From contig BROI01000032.1 of the NCBI GenBank assembly GCA_027923505.1, positions 248,001 to 278,141 on the forward strand: a stretch of 30,141 bases of DNA, read 5' to 3'. Made by a program: the position numbers and the translations under genes. Positions 9,791-19,209 of the stretch are shown in pieces (position 1 is the first letter of the stretch; every line of letters starts with the position of its first letter). The notes under the pieces were generated by a model. The model was not told the DNA's origin and made no database searches. It worked only from the letters and a program-made list of their open reading frames with translations. The DNA is from Mayamaea pseudoterrestris. Taxonomy: Eukaryota.

Positions 9791-11500
9791 ATGATGCGCG
9801 CTCGAACAACTAAAAGTAAAGCGATAAACGTACAGCAGGAAGCATATATAGCAGCTGCAACAACTAGTGCGAGCGACAACGATGTAATTACAGCGAACGA
9901 ATGCCAAAGAAAACACCGTCGCCGCAAGATTGGCCCCATCAACTACATGAAACTCTGCGCTGGAACATGCTTCTCCATTGTCATGATGGTGTTCATGGCT
10001 CTAGTAGACTTTCAGCCAGCAAATAAAATACAAAAGGAACCATTAATTCATAAAGTACTAAAGCGAAGAGGAAGTGACCAAGATGAGTGGCCTCCTCCGA
10101 CGAATAACGGAAGCATTTGCTGGTTTGATGGGCAGTGCATGGAGCGAACAGTCTGCAGTCCCAACGAGGAGAGTTTTGGAACATGCGTTTCGTTTGGACT
10201 ACAGTCAAATACAGAGAAGGGACCAGAACCTGCGGCTCAAGCTTGCGTGGACGCGTGCGTTGCAGAGTTGCAGGTTGACGAGCATTTTTATCATGAAACA
10301 TGGCCAAATGTGCAAGCCAGCTACAATTTTGATTCAGACTCGTACCCTAGTGGCTGCACTGTCATTTTCAAACGAGAACCTCAGGGAAATCATTTTATTT
10401 ATCTTGATGAACTAGACAGGAATGCTCCGCCGCATATTGAAGTTTCTCCGAGTGTCAAGCAATGGGTTGACCATCGCTTTCGTCACGTCAAGCGCGTCGA
10501 TCCACTCAATGATGACGCAAACGACTCGCGATGGATGGCACTTTGCTCGCACCCCTGCGAAACGGACAGTGACTGCATGACGCGCATGTCCAAGACAGCC
10601 TTTGTGTGCCTACAAGGAAGTTGTCAGCGCAACGTTGACTACTGGCCGCACCAAAATGTCACCATTGTCACGGGCGCCACCTCGTCGTACTTTCACGGAT
10701 TGACCAACTTGGTAGCATCTGCAAACTATTGGGCGCCATTTGCAAAGGTAGTGGTGTATAACTTGGGAGGACTTGAACAGACTGAAAAGGATGAAATACG
10801 ATCATGGCCAAACGTTCTGTCGCTGGAATGGCCTGATGGTGTTCCAAAAGATCTTCCTCCGCACGTTCACGAGGGGAAAAAGTATGCATGGAAACCACCC
10901 ATTGTTAATGAGACCTTACACAAGTATGGGTCCATATTTTGGCTGGATGCTGGAAGTACCTTGACTGGTCCAATCGAGCCGGCAATTGACGTTTTGCATC
11001 GACAGGGCATTTTTCTCGTCAAGGGACAAGACACTGACATGCAGCTCAGTCATCCGGGCTCATACGAATGGTTTGGCTATGACAAGAGCACAATGGCGAC
11101 GGGACCGCATTTTAGCGGCAATACGCAAGCTTTCTTGTATCCTTCGCGATATGTTTCGTCGGTCGTTATACCGAACGCCGCGTGCGCCCTCGACATTGAT
11201 TGCATTGCACCGGAAGGCTCATTCATTCGAAACCATCGGTATGATCAAACGACAATCAGTATACTTGCATATCAACCAAAGGTTCAACTGGGGCATTACA
11301 CTGAGTTTCTGGCGGCAGATCAGCGACAACTAAACGACGACTTGTCAAAGCCTAGCTTCAAGTTCGTCTGGACGTCTCGCCAAGGCTGCCAATATTACGC
11401 AATGAAAGATTTCAGCGACAATAGAACCATATCTGATTATGCAATGAAGCTGCGAGGACGAGGACGAAGGGGTCGACTATTTGCTACCGGTCACCGATAG
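9791..11500 (+). CDS. Type II membrane protein with Cys-rich stem and C-terminal DUF1647-like (putative glycosyltransferase) domain
   Basis: Basic N-terminus then a TM helix (LCAGTCFSIVMMVFMALV). Motifs TIVTGATSSYF, VVVYNLG, YAWKPPIV, FWLDAG and NHRYDQT match my recollection of the DUF1647 family. Confidence 0.72.
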   Translation: MMRARTTKSKAINVQQEAYIAAATTSASDNDVITANECQRKHRRRKIGPINYMKLCAGTCFSIVMMVFMALVDFQPANKIQKEPLIHKVLKRRGSDQDEWPPPTNNGSICWFDGQCMERTVCSPNEESFGTCVSFGLQSNTEKGPEPAAQACVDACVAELQVDEHFYHETWPNVQASYNFDSDSYPSGCTVIFKREPQGNHFIYLDELDRNAPPHIEVSPSVKQWVDHRFRHVKRVDPLNDDANDSRWMALCSHPCETDSDCMTRMSKTAFVCLQGSCQRNVDYWPHQNVTIVTGATSSYFHGLTNLVASANYWAPFAKVVVYNLGGLEQTEKDEIRSWPNVLSLEWPDGVPKDLPPHVHEGKKYAWKPPIVNETLHKYGSIFWLDAGSTLTGPIEPAIDVLHRQGIFLVKGQDTDMQLSHPGSYEWFGYDKSTMATGPHFSGNTQAFLYPSRYVSSVVIPNAACALDIDCIAPEGSFIRNHRYDQTTISILAYQPKVQLGHYTEFLAADQRQLNDDLSKPSFKFVWTSRQGCQYYAMKDFSDNRTISDYAMKLRGRGRRGRLFATGHR

Positions 11501-11578
11501 TTAAGGGAGAACTGAGATAAATTGCCGCGAAGCCAGAGATTTTCTTGGCACTATGTTCACAACTTATTGATTTTTAAC

Positions 11579-13258
11579 TCAACGAACTATAGTCACTCTT
11601 CCACTCGAGTTACCCCCAGCAATCGTCAGTTTATCAGCCCTGGGGTGGAAGCAACAGCGGCTGGCGACAGCCGTCAAGTCATCGCCAACAATGTTTCGCA
11701 CATTGCCCGATGGATCAAACACTTGAATCTCACGAGGCCGGCGCATACTTCCCACGCAAAAGATATCCAGCGACGGATGCCATGTCGCCATGAAGGTGCT
11801 TAACCAGCGACCAGTCCGATTGTCATGCGGAATCCTTGTGCTGGGCTTGATTGTTTCGGGTCCTGACAAGTGCAAGTCGGTAAAAATGTCAAGCTTGTCG
11901 GACATTGTCGTACTCACAGCGTACTTGCCAGATGGCGAAAAGTATGCGCTGTTCACTGACTTGCCGGAATGAAAGCTTGTCACGGGCGCAGGTCTCTTTT
12001 TGCTGGCAAATTTTCGCACATCCCAGAGAGTCACCTGACAGTCAAGCCCAGCAGTCAGTAATGAGTATCCATTTGGATGGAGACTGACAGTGTTGATCTT
12101 TTTGACACTGAGCTCCTTGTGAAAGGTCAATTTATTCGCTCGCAAGTCAACGTGAAACACCATGCCGGTCGATGTGGACGCAAAGAAGGCAAGACCATCG
12201 TTAACGCGATGATCCAGACATGCATTTTGCGTCCAGTAGTTGTAGCCCGTATCCAAATCGTAGCCGAGACGACCTTTAAACTCATCCGAATCATCAAAAG
12301 TCGCAAAGACTTGCGAAGCGCACTGCTTTTCAAAATCAAAGAGCCTCACAGTCCCATCGTAGGAGCACGACAAGAGGATCTTAGTGTTGATAAACTGCAA
12401 AAAGTTGACAGCCCCGGAATGGTATTTAAACTCAAAACAGCTATTGTCGTCGTCATTGTCGCTGTCAACCTTCCATATTCCAACGTTTCCCTGCTTGTCA
12501 CCAGCCGCCACCACAAGCTGATCAGTCGACGGATGCGTCGCAATGCTATAGATTCGATCGCGCGTCACCTTGGCGACTGACTCCACCTGAATATCTGACA
12601 GGTTGCTGCTGGTGGCTACTGAATGACTCAGGTTTGACGACGCACGAATCGACATGCCGCGACTGGAAAGGCTCTTGATGAATCGTTCCGCCAGCAATGC
12701 TTCTTCTTCATCACCATTGGCATTGGCATTCGCGTCTCGTACCGTGATATCAGATCCATCGTTGATACGATTGCCGTAAAAGCTTGGCTTTGGCGTGACA
12801 TATGTGACACCATTAGTATTGCTTGTAGCAGCGCCGCCCTCACCAGAGGTGCTACCGACAACGAAACGACCGGAGCTTTCGTGCTCCACGTACATGCCAT
12901 CACTTTGAATGCCCTTGATGCGATTCGAGCTTCTGCGGGGCAACGGCGTGACTGCTGGTTTGCGCCGCTTCTGTGAGGACAGTGTGACTCGTCGGCGACT
13001 CGCTTTGAATTCGTCGGCCGCTGCAGCCAATCCACTGTCAATCAAGACTTGCTGGTTTCTCTTTCGCTTGGCATTCACCATGTCTTGGTAGCTCGGATAG
13101 GAAACTCCTTCAAAGTAGTTGGACTCGGCCACTTGTTCGTCTTCGTTTTCGCTTTCGTCGTCATTCGATTCCTCAATCAACGATTGAATCGGCGGCTCCG
13201 GAGAAGCTGCAGCGGAGGCTGCGCCACCACGAGACGCACGAGGACTCCGTCGCAACAT
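11579..13258 (-). CDS. WDR76: WD repeat-containing protein 76 (Cmr1) DNA-damage/chromatin WD40 protein, 559 aa
   Basis: WD40 repeats (AAGDKQGNVGIW, SCSYDGTVRLFD, TAGLDCQVTLWDVRK), family-typical HDNRTGRWLSTF and KVTRDRIYS, and an N-terminal SYQDMVNAKRKRNQQVL...RRSSNRI segment. First ATG in good context is at 13258. Confidence 0.87.
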   Translation of the reverse strand: MLRRSPRASRGGAASAAASPEPPIQSLIEESNDDESENEDEQVAESNYFEGVSYPSYQDMVNAKRKRNQQVLIDSGLAAAADEFKASRRRVTLSSQKRRKPAVTPLPRRSSNRIKGIQSDGMYVEHESSGRFVVGSTSGEGGAATSNTNGVTYVTPKPSFYGNRINDGSDITVRDANANANGDEEEALLAERFIKSLSSRGMSIRASSNLSHSVATSSNLSDIQVESVAKVTRDRIYSIATHPSTDQLVVAAGDKQGNVGIWKVDSDNDDDNSCFEFKYHSGAVNFLQFINTKILLSCSYDGTVRLFDFEKQCASQVFATFDDSDEFKGRLGYDLDTGYNYWTQNACLDHRVNDGLAFFASTSTGMVFHVDLRANKLTFHKELSVKKINTVSLHPNGYSLLTAGLDCQVTLWDVRKFASKKRPAPVTSFHSGKSVNSAYFSPSGKYAVSTTMSDKLDIFTDLHLSGPETIKPSTRIPHDNRTGRWLSTFMATWHPSLDIFCVGSMRRPREIQVFDPSGNVRNIVGDDLTAVASRCCFHPRADKLTIAGGNSSGRVTIVR

Positions 13259-13600
13259 TGTGGTAAAAACACTTTGCTTAAATTGTAAGAAAGCAACGAG
13301 AGAAAGTTGTGGAGGTCGGCAGTTCGCTCGTTCCATGAGATGAACTGACGCGGCATTGGCGCGCCGCCAGTCGCGGTGCGCGCGTTGGGTAACGGAGCGA
13401 TGTATGTGCGACAGCAAACTATTGCCAGTAAACAGGAGACGGATGCGCAAGCCAAATACACTAGGGAGTGATTGATTATGGCCTTAAAACAATCATAATG
13501 CATTTCTTCATAAAGATCGTGGGGTTTTAATAAATAAGCTAACTGATGGGCTGGGCAGTCACCCTGCACTTGCTGGCCAAACTGTTGAACTGGAGGCAGG

Positions 13601-13683
13601 ATGCGAGCAGGAGGCTGATCCGCAAACCAAATACACGAACGAGGTACCGTTTGTGGCTATAACTCATGCCCCACTGCCTGCAC
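13601..13683 (-). promoter_or_regulatory. Candidate SECIS element in the RlmN 3' UTR
   Basis: Minus strand reads GTGCAGGCAGTGGGGC-ATGA-GTTATAGCCAC-AAA-CGGTACCTCGTTCGTGTATTTGGTTTGC-GGAT-CA-GCCTCCTGCTCGCAT. Long helix I (GGCAG.GGGGC pairs with GCCTCCTGCT), ATGA/GA core at 13667-13664 and 13621-13618, AA 11 nt after the core. Helix II is imperfect and the apical part is somewhat long. Confidence 0.68.
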
Positions 13684-13690
13684 TTAAACG

Positions 13691-15240
13691 CTATTGGGAC
13701 ATCTGCTGCTTCCGCTTTGTACTCAGCTGGCCACAGGCTGCCGACTCGTCGTCTCCTCGTGTTGTGCGTACATGTGCACGCAGTCCAGCGTCCATTAGCA
13801 CCTTTTGAAAGGCCCATACATTGTCAATGGATGGTTTCCGATATGTCAAGTGCCCAATGTCATTAAAGGGAATCAGATTCACTATCAGCTTGCAACCCGA
13901 GACAGAATCGACAATGACCTTGGCAAACTCAGCTAATTCATGCGCTTGATCAAGTCCATCATTCACCTTGTCAATGAGAGTAATCTCGAGCATAGTTGTT
14001 CGCAAAGAAGAATGTCGTAGATTGAGTGTATCAATGAGTCCTTGCCGGAGCTCCGTCATACTATACTTTGTAGTCGGTACTAGTTTCTTTCTCAGTTCAT
14101 CGTCCGCAGCATGAACGCTCCAAGCCAAAACGCATGGCGCCTTACCCATGATGCGAAACGAGTCAGGCGATGGAGCTACCGTCGAGATGGTGACTTTGCG
14201 CGAAGATAGTTGAAAGCATTCGCGCGTGGTCAAGATTTTCGTTGCTCGAATGACTGCGTCGGCGTTGTCGGATGGTTCGCCCTATAAGCAACACAGCGAT
14301 AGTTAGTGAGCTCCCACACTCTGGCGCCCTATAGTGCATGCCTATTGCCACTCACCATGCCCATGAAAACAATGTTGGTTATGTCGGGCAGACCCTGGAT
14401 TCTACTGATTTTGCGACCAAAGAACATTTGAGCTAGAATCTCATCCGAGCTTAGCGATCGCAATATTCCCATGCGACCAGTTGCGCAGAATGTTCAGCCT
14501 GTAATAAATCAGGAGACAATCGTCAGAAGAGATGTAAGCGCAAGGACAAGTTGCTTTGAATCAAAGATTGCGCCTTCCATTAATGACTCGACAGAATATT
14601 ACAAAGATGTCAATTACGTATACACCGGTCAGCTCGCATACGCACCTTGCCGGCACCCAACCTGCGAGCTGATGCAAAGTGTCGATCGGCCATCGACTGG
14701 AATTATGACAGTTTCGACTTCCAAACCATCCTGCAGGCGAAGTAACATTTTGGTCGTTGAATCGGAGCTCGTTGATAAATGAGACAGACTTGCGATGCCA
14801 TCCTCCAATCGCTTCACACCGCCATACGAGTCTGCCAGAAATTGTAATGCATCCTGGCCGAGCGTCTGTGCTCTTCGACCGGAAGGCAATAGCTTGACTA
14901 TTTCGTCCTTTTCGTCTTGACTCAAGCTAGGAACGGTATCTGAACTGAATAAGATTTGCGGGTCAACTCCAATTTTGTAGCAATCCCAAACAATCTTGGC
15001 TCTCCCATTGCCTCCTATATATTCGGACATATCGGAAACAGACATGGAAATAGCTCCGAACCCCTTCCTATGAGCTTGATTGACGCCATCATCCGCCTCG
15101 TCCAGTCGAAGTGCCGTTGGCAGTGTCGTTGAATGCAGCGCAGACGATCTTGCCACACGAGAATGATGATGAAATCCAGTCCAGGATTCTACTGGTACTA
15201 TGGATAATAAAAGCAAGATGCTGGCTATTCTCATGCTCAT
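13691..15240 (-). CDS. rlmN: RlmN-family radical-SAM RNA methyltransferase, plastid-targeted, with in-frame TGA (candidate Sec200); exons 15240-14646, 14498-14356, 14281-13691 (442 aa)
   Basis: Motifs [43 protein letters not shown] and [12 protein letters not shown]. Introns 14645-14499 and 14355-14282 are GT-AG and restore the motifs. Signal peptide ending VES-W followed by an S/R/H-rich transit-like peptide. Confidence 0.9.
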
Positions 15241-15539
15241 TAAAAGTGGTCAGGTGGGTGGCGAAGAACAACTACTGAAAAAGTACTACGATGTGATGTT
15301 TTGACGGTCAACCAACGAGTGGCTGTACGACGTATGAGTAACGGTGCGATCTTAACTGTGGCAGGCGCACGCTTTCCTACACGGGAGTCAACCGAACGAG
15401 AAGCACTTCTCCGTCGATTAAATTAGCCACTCTCCAAAGCAAAGTAAATCACTGATGCTTAAGTGCCTCGGCTCCACCAGTCACCTCCACTCGCCTCTTT
15501 GACCTTCTTAACATATAATCGCTCTCACTATCATCCACC

Positions 15540-16153
15540 ATGACATCTGATAACGACGACAATGACTCCAAAGCCGACGATGACGAGGAAACCAAGGCGC
15601 GCAAGCGCAAGGAACGCTTGGAGCAAAACCGCATTTCGGCCCGAGAGTCTCGCAAGCGCAAAAAGACCATGATTGAGGAGCTTCAGCGAACCGTCATTAC
15701 ATTGTCGCGTGAGAATAAGGATTTGAATGAGCGCAATGAGAGTTTGAGACGTCAATTGATGGAACTTGGTGCCAAGGTGAATATGAATGAGACATGTGTT
15801 TGAAACTGTGTCTCGTCGTCGTCATCACGTTGCGTCACATGGCGAGGCTTTCGTGACGAGGCACATTGCGTCACGAGGGTGCGCTAGTGTCGACGTCATG
15901 TTGGATTCAAACGTCTCTCACCTCTTACTTGTTCTTGCTCTTTGCAATGATGCTCGTATAGTACCCAAATATCGTTCCGCTCCAGGCCATTGTCGGACAG
16001 GGAACTGCGCCGCAGCAGCAGCAGGAAGGAGGAGGTTTGCCTTCTATGGCGGGCGCTGGCTTGCCGGTCGGCTTCAACCCGCTCTCATGGGGAGCGCCTT
16101 CCAATAACAACAATCAAGCGGATGTCGGGGCAGGAGATTCGACCAATGTTTAA
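15540..16153 (+). CDS. Small bZIP transcription factor; exons 15540-15776, 15962-16153 (142 aa)
   Basis: Basic region RKERLEQNRISARESRKRKK followed by leucine heptads LQRTVITLSRENKDLNERNESLRRQL. Intron 15777-15961 (GT-AG) leads to YPNIVPLQAI...STNV*. Confidence 0.85.
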
Positions 16154-16571
16154 TGTCTCGAGTGGCTGAATCATGCATTCAAGTTAATGGGTCATGCAGC
16201 AATCGTTGGAATTCCGTTTGGACGCAAGCGCTTGAGCTGGTGACCTTTCGTTTTAAATTTCTCGAGATTCTCTATATAATTCTTTGTCATATTATTAGTT
16301 TATAGGCTATTATCTAACGGATTCTTGTAGAGTAGACTATCGAATAACTAAATGAGCAGTACAACATCAAATGCCTCTTGGTCCCTCAATTAGTAGACTG
16401 CAATGATGTTGGCTAATTGGTCTCTGCCAGCAGCAGCCTTTATTTTTCAAAGCTCATACATAGTTACATGTTTACAATCAAATCATACAAGAATGGCTAA
16501 CATCATTATAGAGGCTGCCCCACAAGATGGTAATATACCGTCTGAATGATCAATGATACCCTGGTTATCAC

Positions 16572-18652
16572 TCACGAAGAACCGTGACCATTCCTCACAC
16601 TAGCAAGCTCAGCTTTTAAGGCAAGATTCTCAGTCTCCAGCGCAGTTTGTCGTTGCTCCACTTGCTCCAATACCTTATATACTTCGTGAAGCAAATTGTC
16701 CTTCTCGGCAAGCTGTTGCTGCAGAAACGAGGAATCCGCCTTGCTCAAATTGGCCGTGGCCGCTTGCTGCTCCAACTGGTACCGTAAATTTCGAACCTCG
16801 TCGTCTTCGTCAGTGCTCTTTGTACGGTGCACCTCACGCTTCTTCTTGAGCACAGAGCCAAGGAGCCCCTGAACGCGACGGAGCTCATTGTGCAAGTCGG
16901 CATCGGGACGAAACGCGCCATTGACCGTTTCGATCGCTGCTGACTGCGTCTGTCGTTGCGGACTGCTAATCGTCGTATTCTCCAAAAGCGCCATGAGACC
17001 AGCGTCATCTTCCTTGTCCCACTCTAAATCAGCGTCCGACCCATCCATCAAATCTTCAGGCCGCTGATACATTGACTTGGCGGCGGCACCAGGGTTGCTC
17101 CGGAGAATCAGACGCTCCATGGTTTTGATTGACTGCACCAGCTCCTTGATTTCATCTTCGTCCACGTCGGAAAGACTTGTCACCGATGCCGTCGAAGTGG
17201 CCTGCTGCGACGACGACGACGATTTGACGGCCGATTGTTGCTCTCGCGCCTCCTGCAGCTGTCGCTTTAGTTCCTCAATCTCCTCCTTGTACGATTGTAA
17301 GAGCGTCTTTTCGTCTAAAGACTCTTGAATGGTAGCCTTTTGCGGAATCTTCTTCGCTCGAGTTGCAAATTTGAAGGTATTGTGACTCTCCTCAATGTGA
17401 CTAACGAGAGGCGACACGCAGCATATCAAGGCGATTCGAGCATTGCCCGAAAGACTGGGCTGCAGCAAACGAGTAAGCTTGCTGTCTCGATAAGGAATGT
17501 GAGGTCTCCTGCCATTGCCATTACTTTCTTCAATTTCACTCAATTGGTAGACAATCTTTCCGAGCGTCATGAGCGACTGATTGATGAAATGGCCTTCCTG
17601 TTGTCGTTCCGTCGAACCCGTCAGCTTGACAGACTCAGAACCAGCCAAGTCGACCAAAGACAGCGACGATATTCGGACACCCTTATCCTTGTCATTGGCA
17701 TGCTTACTTTCAATCCAAATGCGAACAAGTGTATGCGATCGACTGGAATGTTGATTGAGATTTGTGGCACCCGTTTGTCGTCGGGCCTCTCCCTGCGCCA
17801 GCACCTGAAAGACTTCCGAAGGGGACGTCACAATCCGTTCCTCCAAACCCTTGATGATGAGCTCTCCGTTCGCCTCAAATAGTCGAATCGGGGTTGCAGT
17901 CGCTGCCAACAAGTCTCGAATGTGCTGAAAGAAAAAGGAACATTTATGAGTCCATGTCGGCATTCACGGTGGTCTCGCCTTGGCGCAATAGATTCATCAC
18001 CACATTCCCTTCATACACTTACTTCCTTATACACTTCCAAATACGACACTCGCAGCATATACTCTCGTGGATCCACTTGCGCCTGCAAATAGTTGAAACA
18101 TTCCGTCACACAGAGCGGAATCATGCCAGGATTGGACGGCGTGCCCGTCATGGTGAACGTTTTGCCCGTCGACGTTTGCCCATAGGCCAAGACGGACGTG
18201 TGGTAGCCATCCATGGCGGCGTGGACAAGTGTTCGAATGCTGGTTTCGTATACTTGCTTGTTCGACACGCTCGGACTGTAGACGCGATCCAACGTATACG
18301 AGTGTGTGCGGCCCAATATAATGTCCGTCTTGGGGCTTTGCACCATGGTGTCGTCGGACACCAAATCCCAGGCGTAAATCATGGGGTCCTGTCGGGATTC
18401 TGGCTTTTTAATCGGCGTCGAAAGCTTTTTGAATGGTCGAGGAATGTGTGCCTTCCTCATGCTGGCTGGTACGGCTAGTAGCGATGTTCGACCACTTCGA
18501 ATCGGTGCCGGAATGGAGTTTTCGGGGGGCTGGTCTTTGAAGAAGCCGCTCGATGATTCATCCGCGACTGTCAGAGGTCGCAGTCGCACGCAAACCTCAA
18601 TGTGACTGGAGGGTGTTGCCGTCGAATGGTTGTTATTTGCGTCATTCCGCAT
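16572..18652 (-). CDS. N-terminal-motor kinesin, most like kinesin-7 (CENP-E-like); exons 18652-18023, 17924-16572 (660 aa)
   Basis: VCVRLRP, P-loop GQTSTGKT, SYLEVYKE/HIRDLL across the 98-nt intron 18022-17925, NQHSSRSH, LVDLAGSE, HIPYRDSKLTRLLQPSLSGN, then coiled coils. Subfamily assignment is inference. Confidence 0.9.
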
Positions 18653-19209
18653 GGTGAAGTGATATCTTGTTGGGTCAACGGCGAAAAAGATCGGTACACT
18701 AGAGATGCGACTGTATGCGAGCTTCAAGGTAATTTGTTGAGAGTTAAAATTACTATCAAGCGAAGCGAGTTTTGCTTATTGCTGCGTGACTTCGATGAGC
18801 AAGCAGCAAGGAGAGGTGAAGAGAATGCCCTGGCTGATGAACCTTTTGTATGTCGCCTAGAGAGAAATCAAGTCTTTCAATTTTGATAATCTGAGAGACA
18901 AGAGGTTCAGTCAGCGTGTCTAAAATGTTTCGGTGATACAATCACTTGGAAATTGGCCGAGGCAATGGCGAACGAGTCCATCGTGCCGATGATGCGATGA
19001 TGAATGCCACTCCGCCTCGCTCAAAGATCGTTCCGGTACTCGCTGCGACACCAACACATCGCACATTATTTCGCGCTCCGCAATGGCAGTTTAGGAGCCG
19101 TCATTATTTGACCTTCGATAAGGTGATACTCGTCTAAATATTTCCAATTCATAGCATAGACTTGCAGAACAAGCCTTAAAGAGGAAGACTTTGATATTTG
19201 AGATCTGAT

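Noticed and set aside
13259..13450. Upstream extensions in the ORF track using TTG/GTG starts (also 1217, 4625, 18727, 19198)
   Set aside because: This is a eukaryotic locus; the first suitable ATG gives coherent N-termini and the extensions look like UTR or promoter sequence.
14460..14650. Alternative splicing that avoids the RlmN TGA
   Set aside because: The TGA directly abuts ACA-TTC-TGC, so any acceptor skipping it would delete or shift the CxxxCxxC spacing. The AG at 14500-14499 gives exact motif spacing.
16005..16030. CCGCAGCAG in the bZIP mRNA as an IRE1/XBP1-type unconventional splice site
   Set aside because: It is explained by a short poly-Gln CAG run, and I found no pair of stem-loops with the consensus loops.
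1..18652. Functional cluster of chromosome/cell-cycle genes (DEK-C, CAP-G, WDR76, kinesin)
   Set aside because: They are interspersed with unrelated genes, and nothing in the sequence distinguishes this from chance in a compact genome.
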